64,000 nt of DNA, taken from positions 3,507-67,506 of the IMG/VR virus record IMGVR_UViG_2847686936_000003; one strand, written 5' to 3'. The position numbers and the translations under genes are program-made. The notes under the pieces are model-generated. The model was not told the origin of the DNA and ran no database searches. It saw nothing but the letters and a program-made list of their open reading frames with translations. This DNA comes from a virus. Lineage: Duplodnaviria > Caudoviricetes. The first letter of the stretch is position 1; each line of letters starts with the position of its first letter. Positions 45,216 through 55,336 of the stretch are shown here, one piece after another.

Positions 45216-47174
45216 ATGACGACCATCCCGGCCTCGCAGCTTGTGAACGTCGTTCCGAACGTTCTCAACGCGGGCGGCAACGCGCTCGTGATGAACGGCC
45301 TCGTGCTGACCCAAAACACCCGCGTCCCGATTGGGCAGGTGCTGTCGATCCCGAACGACGGCGTGTCGGTCTCGAACTTCTTCGGCGCATCGGCCGAGGA
45401 GACCGAGATCGCGGCCGTCTATTTCAACGGCTTCAACAACTCGACGCAGAAGCCCGCGACCATCCTCTTCACGCAGTATCCCTCGGTCGCGGTCGCGGCC
45501 TATCTGAGGGGCGGCAAGGCCAATCAGCTTTCGCTGGCGCAGCTCCAGGCTTTGAGCGGCACGCTCTCGGTTGATATCGACAGCTATGTGCGCACCGCGA
45601 ACGCGATCGACCTTTCGAGCGCGAACAGCTTCTCGGCCGCCGCGGCGCTGATCCAGACCGACCTGAATGCCAGCTTGCCGCAAGCCGCGTCCGTGACTGG
45701 CGCGATCGCCGCCACGACCGCCGCGGTGACTGCGTCCATCGCCGGCAGCGTCATGTACGTGAACGGCGTCACGTCGGGCACGCTGGTCGCCGGCGCGGCC
45801 CTTTCCGGCTCTGGCGTTTCGGCCGGAACGCAGATCACGACCCAGCTGTCGGGCACGCCGGGCGGCATTGGCGAGTATGCGGTCTCGATCGAGCAGGTGG
45901 TGCCGAGCGAGGCGATCACGGCGACCTACGGCACGCTCACGGTCAGCGCCGTCGCATCCGGCACCCTAGCAGTCGGCCAGACGCTGGCCGGGGTCGGTGT
46001 CACAGCCGGCACGCACATCACGCAGCTTGGCACCGGCGAGGGCCTGACCGGCACATACTTCGTCGACCAGACCCAGACGGTGGCGAGCGAGACCATCACG
46101 GCTGCCGCCACGCCGCTGGAGGTCTCCTACGACTCGGTCGCCGGCGGCTTCGTCATCACCTCTGGCGTTGCCGGCGCGGCCTCTTCCGCTGCCTTCGCCA
46201 CCGGTTCGGTCTCGGACGGTCTCTTCCTGACGCAGGCTACCGGCGCGACCCTCTCTCAGGGCGCCGATGGAACGACGCCTGCCGCTTTCATGGCCGGGAT
46301 CACCCAGATCACCCAGAATTGGGCGACCTTCATGACGATCTTTGATCCCGATGGCGGTTCGGACAACGCGCAGAAGCTGGCCTTCGCCGAATGGGTCAAC
46401 AACACCAACAAGCGCTTTGCCTATATCGCATGGGACACGGACATCACGCCGACCGAGGGGAACGATGCGACGTCCAGCTTCGGCAACATCGTCAAGAGCG
46501 CCAATCTCGACGGCACCTGCGCGATCTACCAGCCTGCCGGTGGCATGACGACGCCCGAGCAGATCGCCGCCTTCATCTGCGGCGCGGCAGCCTCGATCGA
46601 CTTCCAGCAGACCAACGGCCGCATCACATTCGCATTCCGGGGGCAGGATGGCCTGGTGGCTGGCGTCACCACGGCGACGGTGGCGAGCAACCTGATCGCC
46701 AACGGCTATAACTTCTACGGCGCCTACGCGACGGCAGCGCAGCAGTTCCTGGAGTTCCAGAACGGCACGGTGTCGGGCGAGTTCGAATGGCTGGACAGCT
46801 ACGTCAATCAGATTTGGCTGAACAACCAGCTCCAGCTTGCCCTCATGGAGCTGCTCCAGAACATCAACTCGGTGCCGTACAACGCGGCTGGCTATGAGCT
46901 GATCAAGGCGGCATGCCTCGACCCGATCAACCAGGCGCTCAACTTCGGTGCCATCCGCGCCGGCGTGACGCTGTCGGCGCTCCAGATCGCGCAGATCAAC
47001 TCGGCGGCCGGCCTCAAGGCGAGCGACACCCTCCAGCTGCAAGGCTGGTATCTCCAGGTCAAGGACGCAACTCCGCAGGTGCGCCAGGCCCGCCAGAGCC
47101 CGCCGATCAACTTCTGGTACATGGACGGCGAGTCCGTTCAGGTGATCGAGCTCACCTCGACCCTCGTCCAGTAA
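45216..47174 (+). CDS. tail sheath protein (DUF3383) with two beta-repeat inserts
   Basis: [14 protein letters not shown]...QNWATF...NGYNFYG...[11 protein letters not shown]...[10 protein letters not shown]. Confidence 0.9.
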   Translation: MTTIPASQLVNVVPNVLNAGGNALVMNGLVLTQNTRVPIGQVLSIPNDGVSVSNFFGASAEETEIAAVYFNGFNNSTQKPATILFTQYPSVAVAAYLRGGKANQLSLAQLQALSGTLSVDIDSYVRTANAIDLSSANSFSAAAALIQTDLNASLPQAASVTGAIAATTAAVTASIAGSVMYVNGVTSGTLVAGAALSGSGVSAGTQITTQLSGTPGGIGEYAVSIEQVVPSEAITATYGTLTVSAVASGTLAVGQTLAGVGVTAGTHITQLGTGEGLTGTYFVDQTQTVASETITAAATPLEVSYDSVAGGFVITSGVAGAASSAAFATGSVSDGLFLTQATGATLSQGADGTTPAAFMAGITQITQNWATFMTIFDPDGGSDNAQKLAFAEWVNNTNKRFAYIAWDTDITPTEGNDATSSFGNIVKSANLDGTCAIYQPAGGMTTPEQIAAFICGAAASIDFQQTNGRITFAFRGQDGLVAGVTTATVASNLIANGYNFYGAYATAAQQFLEFQNGTVSGEFEWLDSYVNQIWLNNQLQLALMELLQNINSVPYNAAGYELIKAACLDPINQALNFGAIRAGVTLSALQIAQINSAAGLKASDTLQLQGWYLQVKDATPQVRQARQSPPINFWYMDGESVQVIELTSTLVQ

Positions 47175-47206
47175 GCGGCAACCCCATCCCTTCAAGGAGC
47201 TAGATC

Positions 47207-47638
47207 ATGTCGTCTCTGACGGCCGCGAACGCGGTCATTACGCTTGCGGTGGCGAACCTCTTCCCGACACCGTTCCAACTGCAGGGCTTCTCGGCCGACA
47301 ACATCTACGACCTGGATAGCGTCGACCAGGTCGAGACCGCCATGGGCGTCGATGGCATCCTGTCCGGCGGCTTCGTCTACAACCCGATCAACCAGACGTT
47401 CGTGTTGCAGGCCGATTCCCCGTCGATCGCCTTCTTCGAAACGTGGGCTGCGACGCAGGTCCAGGCCAAGGACGTCTATACCGCGAACGGCTCGACGACG
47501 CTGCCGTCGCTCGGGCGCTCCTACATCTCCACCAAGGGGTTCCTGGTGAGCCTGCCGCCGATGCCGGCGGCCGCCAAGATCCTGCAGCCGCGCCGCTTCG
47601 CGATCCGCTGGCAGAGCGTTCAAAGCGTCCCGAACTGA
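47207..47638 (+). CDS. tail tube protein
   Basis: LTAANAVI...LQGFSADN...MGVDGILSGG...LQADSPS; follows the sheath gene. Confidence 0.85.
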   Translation: MSSLTAANAVITLAVANLFPTPFQLQGFSADNIYDLDSVDQVETAMGVDGILSGGFVYNPINQTFVLQADSPSIAFFETWAATQVQAKDVYTANGSTTLPSLGRSYISTKGFLVSLPPMPAAAKILQPRRFAIRWQSVQSVPN

Positions 47639-47646
47639 GGTAATCC

Positions 47647-48156
47647 ATGCGTAAAGAGATCGACGTCACGATCGCGGATGACGGCCGTGATCAGGGCAAG
47701 ACGTTCCACATCCGAGAGATGCCGGCGACGCGCGCGGAAAAATGGGCGATGCGCGCGCTCCTCGCCGTGGCTCGCTCCGGCGTCGAGCTCCCCGACGACT
47801 TCGCCTCAATGGGCATGCAGGGAATTGCCATCGTCGGCATCCGCGCGATCACCAAGATCGCCTTCGAGGATGCCGAGCCGCTGCTCGACGAGATGATGGA
47901 ATGCATCACCATCAAGCCCGATCCCCGTAATCCCGCCATCCAGCGCCCGCTGATCGAGGGCGACGTCGAGGAGATCTCGACGCTGATCCAACTGCGGCAG
48001 GAGGTGATCAACCTTCACGTCGGTTTTTTTACAGCCGGCGGCCAGTCGAAATCGATCTCGACACAGTCGCCGGTGTCCAGCTCCTCGAATACGGCAACGT
48101 CACCCGAGCCATCGGTCAGGTTCTCTCAAAGGGCAAAACCTCGCTCCGCGAGCTAG
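47647..48156 (+). CDS. tail assembly chaperone (G); -1 frameshift gives a G-T product ending at 48266
   Basis: GRDQGKTFHIREMPA..AEKWA; slippery T TTT TTT at 48024-48030; -1 frame reads LEYGNVTRAIG...LRELDEWLSIEDVHDLLEV. Confidence 0.85.
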   Translation: MRKEIDVTIADDGRDQGKTFHIREMPATRAEKWAMRALLAVARSGVELPDDFASMGMQGIAIVGIRAITKIAFEDAEPLLDEMMECITIKPDPRNPAIQRPLIEGDVEEISTLIQLRQEVINLHVGFFTAGGQSKSISTQSPVSSSSNTATSPEPSVRFSQRAKPRSAS

Positions 48157-48249
48157 ACGAGTGGCTGTCGATCGAGGACGTCCACGACCTTCTCGAGGTG
48201 GCGATGGTCGATGCCCACAACCTGATGCTGCTGAGGAAAAGGGACGAGA

Positions 48250-50322
48250 ATGCCAACGGTCATTGATAGCCTGATCGTCACGCTCGGTCTCGATCCCAAG
48301 GACTTCACCGATCAGCAGAAGAAGACGTCCGAGAGCTGGCTCAAGACGGTCAACGCTTTCCGGAAGGGCGGCAAGGACGTCGAGGAAAGTTCGAAGAGGG
48401 CCGCCGAGACCGTCAACCTGATCACGCGGCGCGTGCTCGAACTCTTTGCGGTCATCACGGGCAGCCAGGCGCTCAGCGAGTTTGTGCGCAAGCTCACCAA
48501 TGCAGACGCCTCGCTTGGCCGCTTCGCCTCGAGTCTCGGTGAATCGCCCCAGCGCATCGCGGCCTGGGAGCATGCGGCCGAGCGTTTCGGCGGCTCGGCC
48601 GACGCCACAGCGTCGACCTTGGAGCGCGTCAACAAGCAGCTCTACAACCTCAACAAGAACGGCGAGGCGCTGCCGCGCGAGTTCTCGCAGCTGCAAGCCT
48701 GGACCGGCATGCGGATTGACCCCAACCATGGGCTCGATCGCTACCTGTCCGATGTCGCCGCGGCTTTGCAGAGGCTTCACCAGATCGACGCCGGCGCGGC
48801 CCACAACGTCGCGCAGGCGCTGGGCATCGACCCGGCGACCGAGCAGCTCATGTACAAGATGGGCCGCAACATCGACGACTATCTGGGCAGGCTGGAAAAG
48901 AGCCTGTCGCCTACCAACGAGGCGATTCAGTCCGCGCAGAAGCTGCAAGCAAGCTGGGCCGAATTGCTCCAGCACCTAATTGCGCTCGCCAACGCCATCT
49001 ACGACAAGCTCGGCCCGGTCCTGGTCGAGGCGGCGGACAAGATGACGGCCTGGATCGAGAAGAACCAGGACTGGATCCGGACTGGCATCGTCGATGCGGT
49101 CAAGAAGTTTATAGACTTCCTCGAAAAGATCGACTGGCACGCCGTCGGTACCGGCATGCAGAATTTCGCGACGGGCGCGAAAGAGGTGGTCGACGGGGTC
49201 GGCGGCATCGTCCATGCCACCGAGATCCTGTTCGGCCTGTGGCTCGGCGCAAAGTTTCTCCGGGTTCTCGCCAATATGCGCATGCTCGCCGCAGGCGGTA
49301 CTCGCGCGGGCCTGGGGTTCCTCAGCACGATTTCAACGGGCGTTGGAATGCTTCTTGCCGGCGCGGCCGCGATCAAATGGGGCGGGTCGCACCTGCGCGC
49401 TGATCCTCATGCCGGAGATCACGGCACGATCGGCAACTTCCTTATGCGGCACCTGCGCAAGGCGCCGGAAACGACGGTCGATGGCAAGTCCGTCTCCAAG
49501 AGCAATCCGCTTCCCGTCACCGTCACCGATCAGAAAGGCGAAGGCGGCTTCTGGAGTAACCTGGTCAGCAGCGTCGGCAGTTTGTTCGGCGCTGGGACCA
49601 CCGGCGGCTCGGCCGGCAAGGCTGGAGCGCTCGTCGGCGGCATGGCCGGGAGCGACGGTCCGAGCGGGCCGCAACGGGCGTCGAGTGGCACCCGCGGCTG
49701 GTGGACGCCCGAACGGCAAGCGCAGGCTTATCAGACGCTCACGGCCAGCGGCGTGTCGGATGCGGGCGCGCGCGGTCTCGTGTCCCGCTGGATGAATGTC
49801 GAGGCCGCCGGCGGCCCTGGCACGGCCAACAGCATCGGCGCAGTGGGAATAGGCCAGTGGCTGTCTCCCCCTCGCAAGCGCGCGCTGATGGCCTTTGCCA
49901 AGGCGCGGGGTAAGAACTGGAATGACTTCGACACGCAACTGCAGTTCGCGCTGTCGGAGATTAATGGGGCTGAGAACCGGTCTGGTCGGGCGTTGCGCAA
50001 TGCCAAGACTGATGCCCAAGGAGCCACGGCCGCATCGATGTATGAACGCGCCGAAGGCTACAACGCCTGGACCGGGACGGATAACTTCACGGGCCGGACC
50101 TACCGGGGCATGAAGGCGATCAACACTGGCGCCGCATCGGCCGCGCTGTCGAACATTTACAGCACGCATACGGCCACGACGTCGAACAGCTCGGTCGAGG
50201 CCCATATCGGCAAGATCGAGGTTCACAGCCAGGCCACCGATGCCAACGGCGTTGCGGCAGACATCAACGACGCGCTCAGCCGGCGTTTGTTCACCGCGCA
50301 GGCAAATAGTGGATTGGCGTGA
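48250..50322 (+). CDS. tape measure protein with C-terminal phage-tail-lysozyme-like domain
   Basis: MPTVIDSLIVTLGLD; helical body; NVEAAGG...GIGQW...RKRAL...TQLQF...YERA. Confidence 0.88.
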   Translation: MPTVIDSLIVTLGLDPKDFTDQQKKTSESWLKTVNAFRKGGKDVEESSKRAAETVNLITRRVLELFAVITGSQALSEFVRKLTNADASLGRFASSLGESPQRIAAWEHAAERFGGSADATASTLERVNKQLYNLNKNGEALPREFSQLQAWTGMRIDPNHGLDRYLSDVAAALQRLHQIDAGAAHNVAQALGIDPATEQLMYKMGRNIDDYLGRLEKSLSPTNEAIQSAQKLQASWAELLQHLIALANAIYDKLGPVLVEAADKMTAWIEKNQDWIRTGIVDAVKKFIDFLEKIDWHAVGTGMQNFATGAKEVVDGVGGIVHATEILFGLWLGAKFLRVLANMRMLAAGGTRAGLGFLSTISTGVGMLLAGAAAIKWGGSHLRADPHAGDHGTIGNFLMRHLRKAPETTVDGKSVSKSNPLPVTVTDQKGEGGFWSNLVSSVGSLFGAGTTGGSAGKAGALVGGMAGSDGPSGPQRASSGTRGWWTPERQAQAYQTLTASGVSDAGARGLVSRWMNVEAAGGPGTANSIGAVGIGQWLSPPRKRALMAFAKARGKNWNDFDTQLQFALSEINGAENRSGRALRNAKTDAQGATAASMYERAEGYNAWTGTDNFTGRTYRGMKAINTGAASAALSNIYSTHTATTSNSSVEAHIGKIEVHSQATDANGVAADINDALSRRLFTAQANSGLA

Positions 50323-50897
50323 TGGCCGGCATTCTTGAACTTCTGACGCGGGACGCCTTCGGGTTGCTGTCGAGCGCCTTCGGCCTGCAGCCATGGGGCA
50401 TCTACTTCGGCGGTGTGCCGGTGATCATCGCCGACAACATCGTGGAGGTGCAGTATCGCCAGCAATGGTCGATCTCGGACTTCCCGGTCGAGCAGGGAGC
50501 GTTTCAGAGCTACGACAAGGTCCAGATACCCTATGATGCTCGGCTGCGCTTCACCGCCGGCGGATCGGCCGCAAACCGCGCCGCGATGCTTGCGTCGATC
50601 GCGGCCGTCGCCGGCGACACCAACCTCTATGACGTGGTGACGCCGGAGGCGGTCTACCTCTCCTGCAACATCACCCACTACGACTATAGCCGGCGCTCGA
50701 ATGAGGGGATGGGGCTTCTGTCGGTCGATATCTGGCTGATCGAAGTGCGGCAGGCCGCCAGCGCCGCCATGTCGAACACCCAGGATCCGAGCGGCGCTTC
50801 TCAGGTCAATGGCGGCACTGTCCAGACCGCGCCGGCGAGCAGCGCGCAGCTCGCGCAATTCCAGACATCGTCTGGGCTGCCGGCCGGAGGCTTCTGA
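50319..50897 (+). CDS. baseplate / tail-tube initiator protein
   Basis: ISDFPVEQGAFQSYDKVQIP...YDVVTPE. Confidence 0.75.
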   Translation: MMAGILELLTRDAFGLLSSAFGLQPWGIYFGGVPVIIADNIVEVQYRQQWSISDFPVEQGAFQSYDKVQIPYDARLRFTAGGSAANRAAMLASIAAVAGDTNLYDVVTPEAVYLSCNITHYDYSRRSNEGMGLLSVDIWLIEVRQAASAAMSNTQDPSGASQVNGGTVQTAPASSAQLAQFQTSSGLPAGGF

Positions 50898-51211
50898 TGG
50901 TCATCATCCCACTGCAGGCGGTGCCAAACCAGGCGGTCGGCGTGACGCTGGACGGTCAGGTCTCGCAGATCAGCCTTTATCAAAAGAACACCGGCCTGTT
51001 CATCGACCTCTATGTCGACAACGTGCTCGTGATAGGCGGAGTGATCTGCCAGAACCTCAATCGGATCGTCCGGTCGCTCTATCTCGGCTTCTCCGGCGAT
51101 CTGATCTTCATCGACAACCAGGGCGACACCGACCCGTATTACACCGGGCTCGGCACGCGTTACAGCCTCGCCTTCGTATCGGCGAGCGAGCTTCCGGCCG
51201 GCCAGGGCTAA
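50897..51211 (+). CDS. baseplate-associated small protein
   Basis: IPLQAVPNQ...GDLIFIDNQG..DPYYTGLGTRY. Confidence 0.75.
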   Translation: MVIIPLQAVPNQAVGVTLDGQVSQISLYQKNTGLFIDLYVDNVLVIGGVICQNLNRIVRSLYLGFSGDLIFIDNQGDTDPYYTGLGTRYSLAFVSASELPAGQG

Positions 51212-51220
51212 GATTTTGGG

Positions 51221-51505
51221 TCAGGTCCGCAGGGCGAGGAGGGAGTAGACTACCGCGCGGGCCTTCGCCTCACCGAGCCGAAGCGCCAGATATTGGCTCG
51301 CCCCGATCATGTTGGCGATGGCCTCTTCGACGGCATGCTTGTGTCCGCCGGTAGGAGCCTCTCGGCCCACGTATTGCATGGCAGCGGCCATTATTGCCTT
51401 GCTACGACGCCGGTCTAGCGGCAGAGCGCCCGACACATCAATCGAGGTTCCCATCGCAGGGATTGAGGTCGCTGCGGGGCGTGTGGTATTCCGCTGGGTA
51501 GCCAT
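51221..51505 (-). CDS. hypothetical moron under an operator-promoter
   Basis: Opposite strand inside the tail operon; perfect operator upstream. Confidence 0.55.
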   Translation of the reverse strand: MATQRNTTRPAATSIPAMGTSIDVSGALPLDRRRSKAIMAAAMQYVGREAPTGGHKHAVEEAIANMIGASQYLALRLGEAKARAVVYSLLALRT

Positions 51506-51610
51506 GGGGAGCCTCTCATCAGGTTCGCTTCGGTTAGGGTCGGTTGGAGGTTGCTGCTTCCTTCCGGCCCGCTATCCACGCTATCAAGTGTATAGGCTGG
51601 TATAGCCAAG

Positions 51611-51640
51611 CAAACTAACTTGTAACCGACTTGGTTACAA
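51611..51640 (-). promoter_or_regulatory. operator-promoter TTGTAA-N17-TAGTTT with perfect operator at 51622-51638
   Basis: gtaaccgacttggttac. Confidence 0.8.
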
Positions 51641-51671
51641 GAGGCTTTACTGCGAAATTTCTGGGTTTTGC

Positions 51672-51989
51672 TTAGTTGTCCGGGTGCTGGAGCACGTCGG
51701 CGGCGATAACCTTCAAGCCGCCGATACACTGGTCTTCGGTGCGGTGCGCCTCCTCGCAGAAGTGCATGTATCCGGACGCCACGACGTCGCAAGAATTCTC
51801 GACCAATGCAGCCGCGGCATCGTCACCAAGAACCGTGATCTGATGCAGCTTGTCCCTGAAATGGAGCGCGGCGTCGCGGTAGCATTTGCCGACGTTCGTC
51901 GCATTCAACATCAGGTTGTCCATCGTGTTGCTGGCGCCAGCCGGCACGCAGCACGCCACGATCATTCCGATCGCCAGATATCGCCTCAT
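51672..51989 (-). CDS. secreted Cys-rich small protein (moron)
   Basis: Signal peptide MRRYLAIGMIVACCVPAGA; four further Cys. Confidence 0.6.
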   Translation of the reverse strand: MRRYLAIGMIVACCVPAGASNTMDNLMLNATNVGKCYRDAALHFRDKLHQITVLGDDAAAALVENSCDVVASGYMHFCEEAHRTEDQCIGGLKVIAADVLQHPDN

Positions 51990-52024
51990 CGACCGATCTC
52001 CTCAAAAGCAGGGCGTAACCCAAA

Positions 52025-52888
52025 ATGGCCTTCAGCCAGAAGCGAATTTCGGTCGAGTTCGAGCTGGCAAACGGTCAGTTTGAAGGCGGCGGCAACACCG
52101 CAGAGGTATTCGGGCTGCGCGTCGCCTGCAACATCGTCAACGCCGGGCAAGGCTCGGGGCAAGCGGAAATTTCGATCTGGGGCCTGCCGCTGGCTCTGAT
52201 GAACCAGCTATCCACCGTCGGTTCACAGTATCTCCAGATGTACAAGAACGGCATTTCGTTGCTCGCTGGAGATGACGAGACCGGCCAGAACGTCGTGTGG
52301 ACCGGCACTATCGTTTATGCCTATGTCGACGCGCAGGCGATGCCCGACGTGTGCTTTCGGATCAGCTCGCTCCCGGGCGTCTTCCATGCCGCAAAGCCGA
52401 TCCCGCCGCTGAGCATCAAGGGCTCCGGCGATGCCTCGCAGATGATGAAATCTCTAGCGGGGCAGATGGGCCTGGCGTTCGAAGACGCCGGCGTCAAGGT
52501 GAAGTTTGCCAATCCCTACTATCCGGGCACGGCGTGGACGCAGATGCTGGCGATCGCGCGCGACGGCGGCTTCGACGTCGGCGTCGATCGCGGCACGATG
52601 GTAATCACGCCGCCCGGCAAGGCGCGAAACAGCGACACGGTGCTGATTTCGGCAGAGACCGGCATGGTCGGCTACCCGTTCTTCCAGCAGGCCTTCGTGC
52701 TGGTCCGCGCGCTCTACAACCCGGCTGTGAAGTATCAGGGCAAGGTGCAAATCCAGAGCGACCTGACGCCGGCCAGCGGCACATGGAAGGTCAACCGCCT
52801 CGAGTATCAGTTGGAGGCAATGATGCCCCACGGAAAGTGGTTCATGCTCCTCGAATGCATCGCCGTTGATGCCTCGGCGCCGGCATGA
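52025..52888 (+). CDS. baseplate hub protein
   Basis: GLRVACNI...ISIWGL...AGD...FEDAGV...ISAETGMVGYP. Confidence 0.8.
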   Translation: MAFSQKRISVEFELANGQFEGGGNTAEVFGLRVACNIVNAGQGSGQAEISIWGLPLALMNQLSTVGSQYLQMYKNGISLLAGDDETGQNVVWTGTIVYAYVDAQAMPDVCFRISSLPGVFHAAKPIPPLSIKGSGDASQMMKSLAGQMGLAFEDAGVKVKFANPYYPGTAWTQMLAIARDGGFDVGVDRGTMVITPPGKARNSDTVLISAETGMVGYPFFQQAFVLVRALYNPAVKYQGKVQIQSDLTPASGTWKVNRLEYQLEAMMPHGKWFMLLECIAVDASAPA

Positions 52889-53547
52889 GCGGGCAGGGTT
52901 ATTTCGGTCAGCAGACCACGTCGGATGACACTGCTAAGATCAACCGACTTCGCTTCCTCATCCGCCAGGAGCTGGCGCAGGCGCGCACGGGCATCCCCGT
53001 CAAGGTCGTCGCGGTGCACGGTGGCGGCGTCGGCGCGCCGCCCACGGTGGATGTGATGCCGCTGATCAATCAGACCGACGGGCAGGGCAACCAGACGCCC
53101 CACGGCGTCATCTATGGCATCGCCACGATGCGCAACCAGGGCGGCACCAACGGCATCATCAACGATCCGAAGGTCGGCGACATTGGCCACATGACGATAT
53201 CGGACCGCGACATCTCGGCCCTGAAAGCCAACGGCGGAGCCCAATCAAACCCGGGCAGCTTCCGCCGCGGCAACATGTCGGACGGCATCTACCAGGGCGC
53301 GATCGCCAATCCGGCCAACCAGGACCAGGCCGTCCAGTTCACCGAGGGCGGCATCAAGCTCTTCGACAAGAACGGCCAGGTCATCGAGTTCGCGGCCGGC
53401 TCGATCACCATCACCACGGCACAGCTGCGGGTGACGGGCGACGTCATCGCCGGCGCCGGCGGCGAGAACATCAGCGTGCTCAACCATCTTCACACAAACG
53501 TCCAGCCCGGCGGCGGCACGTCAGGCCCACCGGAGCCGGGAACATGA
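52885..53547 (+). CDS. baseplate central spike (Gp138-like)
   Basis: VKVVAV...VDVMPL...DPKVGDIG...DRDIS...SDGIY; C-terminal NHLH metal-binding tip. Confidence 0.85.
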   Translation: MSGQGYFGQQTTSDDTAKINRLRFLIRQELAQARTGIPVKVVAVHGGGVGAPPTVDVMPLINQTDGQGNQTPHGVIYGIATMRNQGGTNGIINDPKVGDIGHMTISDRDISALKANGGAQSNPGSFRRGNMSDGIYQGAIANPANQDQAVQFTEGGIKLFDKNGQVIEFAAGSITITTAQLRVTGDVIAGAGGENISVLNHLHTNVQPGGGTSGPPEPGT

Positions 53548-53894
53548 AGACGCTCCTTCTCGACACCGACACCTGGGACCTGGTGGCCGACGCGTCGGGC
53601 AACATCGCCGTCGCCGACGAGCCCTATGCGCTGGCGCAGGACGCCGCGAGCGCAATCAGGCTGTTCGCGGGCGAGCTCTACTACGACACCACGCAGGGCA
53701 TTCCCTACTTCGACCAGATCCTGGGCAAGGCACCGCCGGTCTCGCTCATGAAGGCGTACTTCAATCGCGCCGCGCTGACGGTGCCCGGCGTGGTCTCGGC
53801 GCAGACCTTCATCCAGTCCTGGACCGATCGGACTGTCACCGGCCAAGTGCAGGTGACGGACGCGGCCGGCAACACCACCGCAGCGGGCTTCTAG
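53544..53894 (+). CDS. baseplate wedge (gp25-like) protein
   Basis: WDLVADASGNIA...AQD...LFAGELYYDTTQGIPY. Confidence 0.75.
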   Translation: MKTLLLDTDTWDLVADASGNIAVADEPYALAQDAASAIRLFAGELYYDTTQGIPYFDQILGKAPPVSLMKAYFNRAALTVPGVVSAQTFIQSWTDRTVTGQVQVTDAAGNTTAAGF

Positions 53895-53897
53895 CAC

Positions 53898-55334
53898 ATG
53901 GTCGACACTACCAACGTTCCCCCGCCGCAGTGGACGGACACGGGGTTCCTGATCCCGTCGGCAGCGGAGGTGCTGGCCGGCGTGACCGAAGACATCAACG
54001 GCGCGTTCGGCGGCGTCCTCAATCCCGCACTGAACACGCCGCAGGGGCAGCTCGCGAGCAGCGAAACGGCGGTGATCGACGAGGTCAACTCGACCTTTCT
54101 CTATTTCACCAACCAGGTCGATCCCGCCTATGCGACCGGTCGCATGCAGGATGCCATCGCGCGCATCTACTTCATCGAGCGAAACCCGGCCCAGCCGACG
54201 GTCGTGCAGGCGCTCTGCAATGGCTTGCCGGGCGTCGCCATTCCGGCGGGCTCGCTGGCTCTTGCCGAGGATGGCAACCAGTATCTGTGCACTGAGGATG
54301 GCGTCATCGGCGTAGACGGCACTGTCACCTTGCCGTTCGAGTGCCTGGTGGTCGGCCCGATCCCATGCCCTACCGGAAGCCTCGACCAGATTTACCGAGC
54401 CATCCCCGGCTGGGATTCGATCACGAACCCGGATGACGGCGTGCTGGGAAACAACGTCGAGAGCCGGTCGGCGTTCGAGGCGCGGCGCGCTGCGTCGGTC
54501 GCGCTGAACTCGCAGGGCTCCCTGCCGTCGGTGCTCGGCGCGGTGCTCGACGTTCCAAACGTCATCGATGCGTTCGTGACCGAGAACGACAGCAACGACG
54601 TGCAGGTGATCGGCGGCGTCTCGATCTATCCGAACTCGATCTATGTCGCCGCGGTGGGTGGCGATGCGGACGATATCGCCCGCGCGATCTGGAGCCGCAA
54701 AGCGCCGGGCTGCGCTTATAACGGCAACACGACTGTCACGGTCTACGATGAGAGCCCGGGCTACGTTCCGCCGTATCCGGCCTATCGGGTGAGCTTCGAG
54801 ATCCCCGATCCGCTGGCGATCCTGTTTGCGGTCAACATCGTCAACACGCACCTGGTGCCGGCGGACGCGGCGGCGCAAGTCCAGGCCGCCATCGTGGCAG
54901 CGTTTGCCGGAGAGGATGGTGGGCCGCGCGCCAAGATCGGCACCACATTGTACGCGAGCCGCTTCTACGCACCTGTGGCCGCCCTTGGCTCGTGGGCGCA
55001 GATCATTTCGATCGAAATCGGCTCGAACAACAACCCGGCTGCAAGCTTCACCGGCCAGATCGCAGGAACGACGTTGACCGTGTCGGCGGTCGCGTCCGGA
55101 GCGCTGGCGGTGGGGAAGGTGATTTCCGACACCACGGGAGAGCTGACAGTCGGCACGACCATCACCGCGCTCGGCACCGGCACCGGCGGCGTTGGCACTT
55201 ACACCGTCTCCAACAACCTGACGGTCTCGCTGGAGAGCATGGTCGCGGCGGTGCCCGACCGATTCGACATCGGCGTCAACATCGACCAGGTGCCGACCAT
55301 CTCGCCGAATGACATCATCGTAACGCTGAGCTGA
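53898..55334 (+). CDS. baseplate J-like protein with one beta-repeat insert
   Basis: TPQGQL...[12 protein letters not shown]...[10 protein letters not shown]...AIW..KAPG. Confidence 0.9.
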   Translation: MVDTTNVPPPQWTDTGFLIPSAAEVLAGVTEDINGAFGGVLNPALNTPQGQLASSETAVIDEVNSTFLYFTNQVDPAYATGRMQDAIARIYFIERNPAQPTVVQALCNGLPGVAIPAGSLALAEDGNQYLCTEDGVIGVDGTVTLPFECLVVGPIPCPTGSLDQIYRAIPGWDSITNPDDGVLGNNVESRSAFEARRAASVALNSQGSLPSVLGAVLDVPNVIDAFVTENDSNDVQVIGGVSIYPNSIYVAAVGGDADDIARAIWSRKAPGCAYNGNTTVTVYDESPGYVPPYPAYRVSFEIPDPLAILFAVNIVNTHLVPADAAAQVQAAIVAAFAGEDGGPRAKIGTTLYASRFYAPVAALGSWAQIISIEIGSNNNPAASFTGQIAGTTLTVSAVASGALAVGKVISDTTGELTVGTTITALGTGTGGVGTYTVSNNLTVSLESMVAAVPDRFDIGVNIDQVPTISPNDIIVTLS

Positions 55335-55336
55335 TC

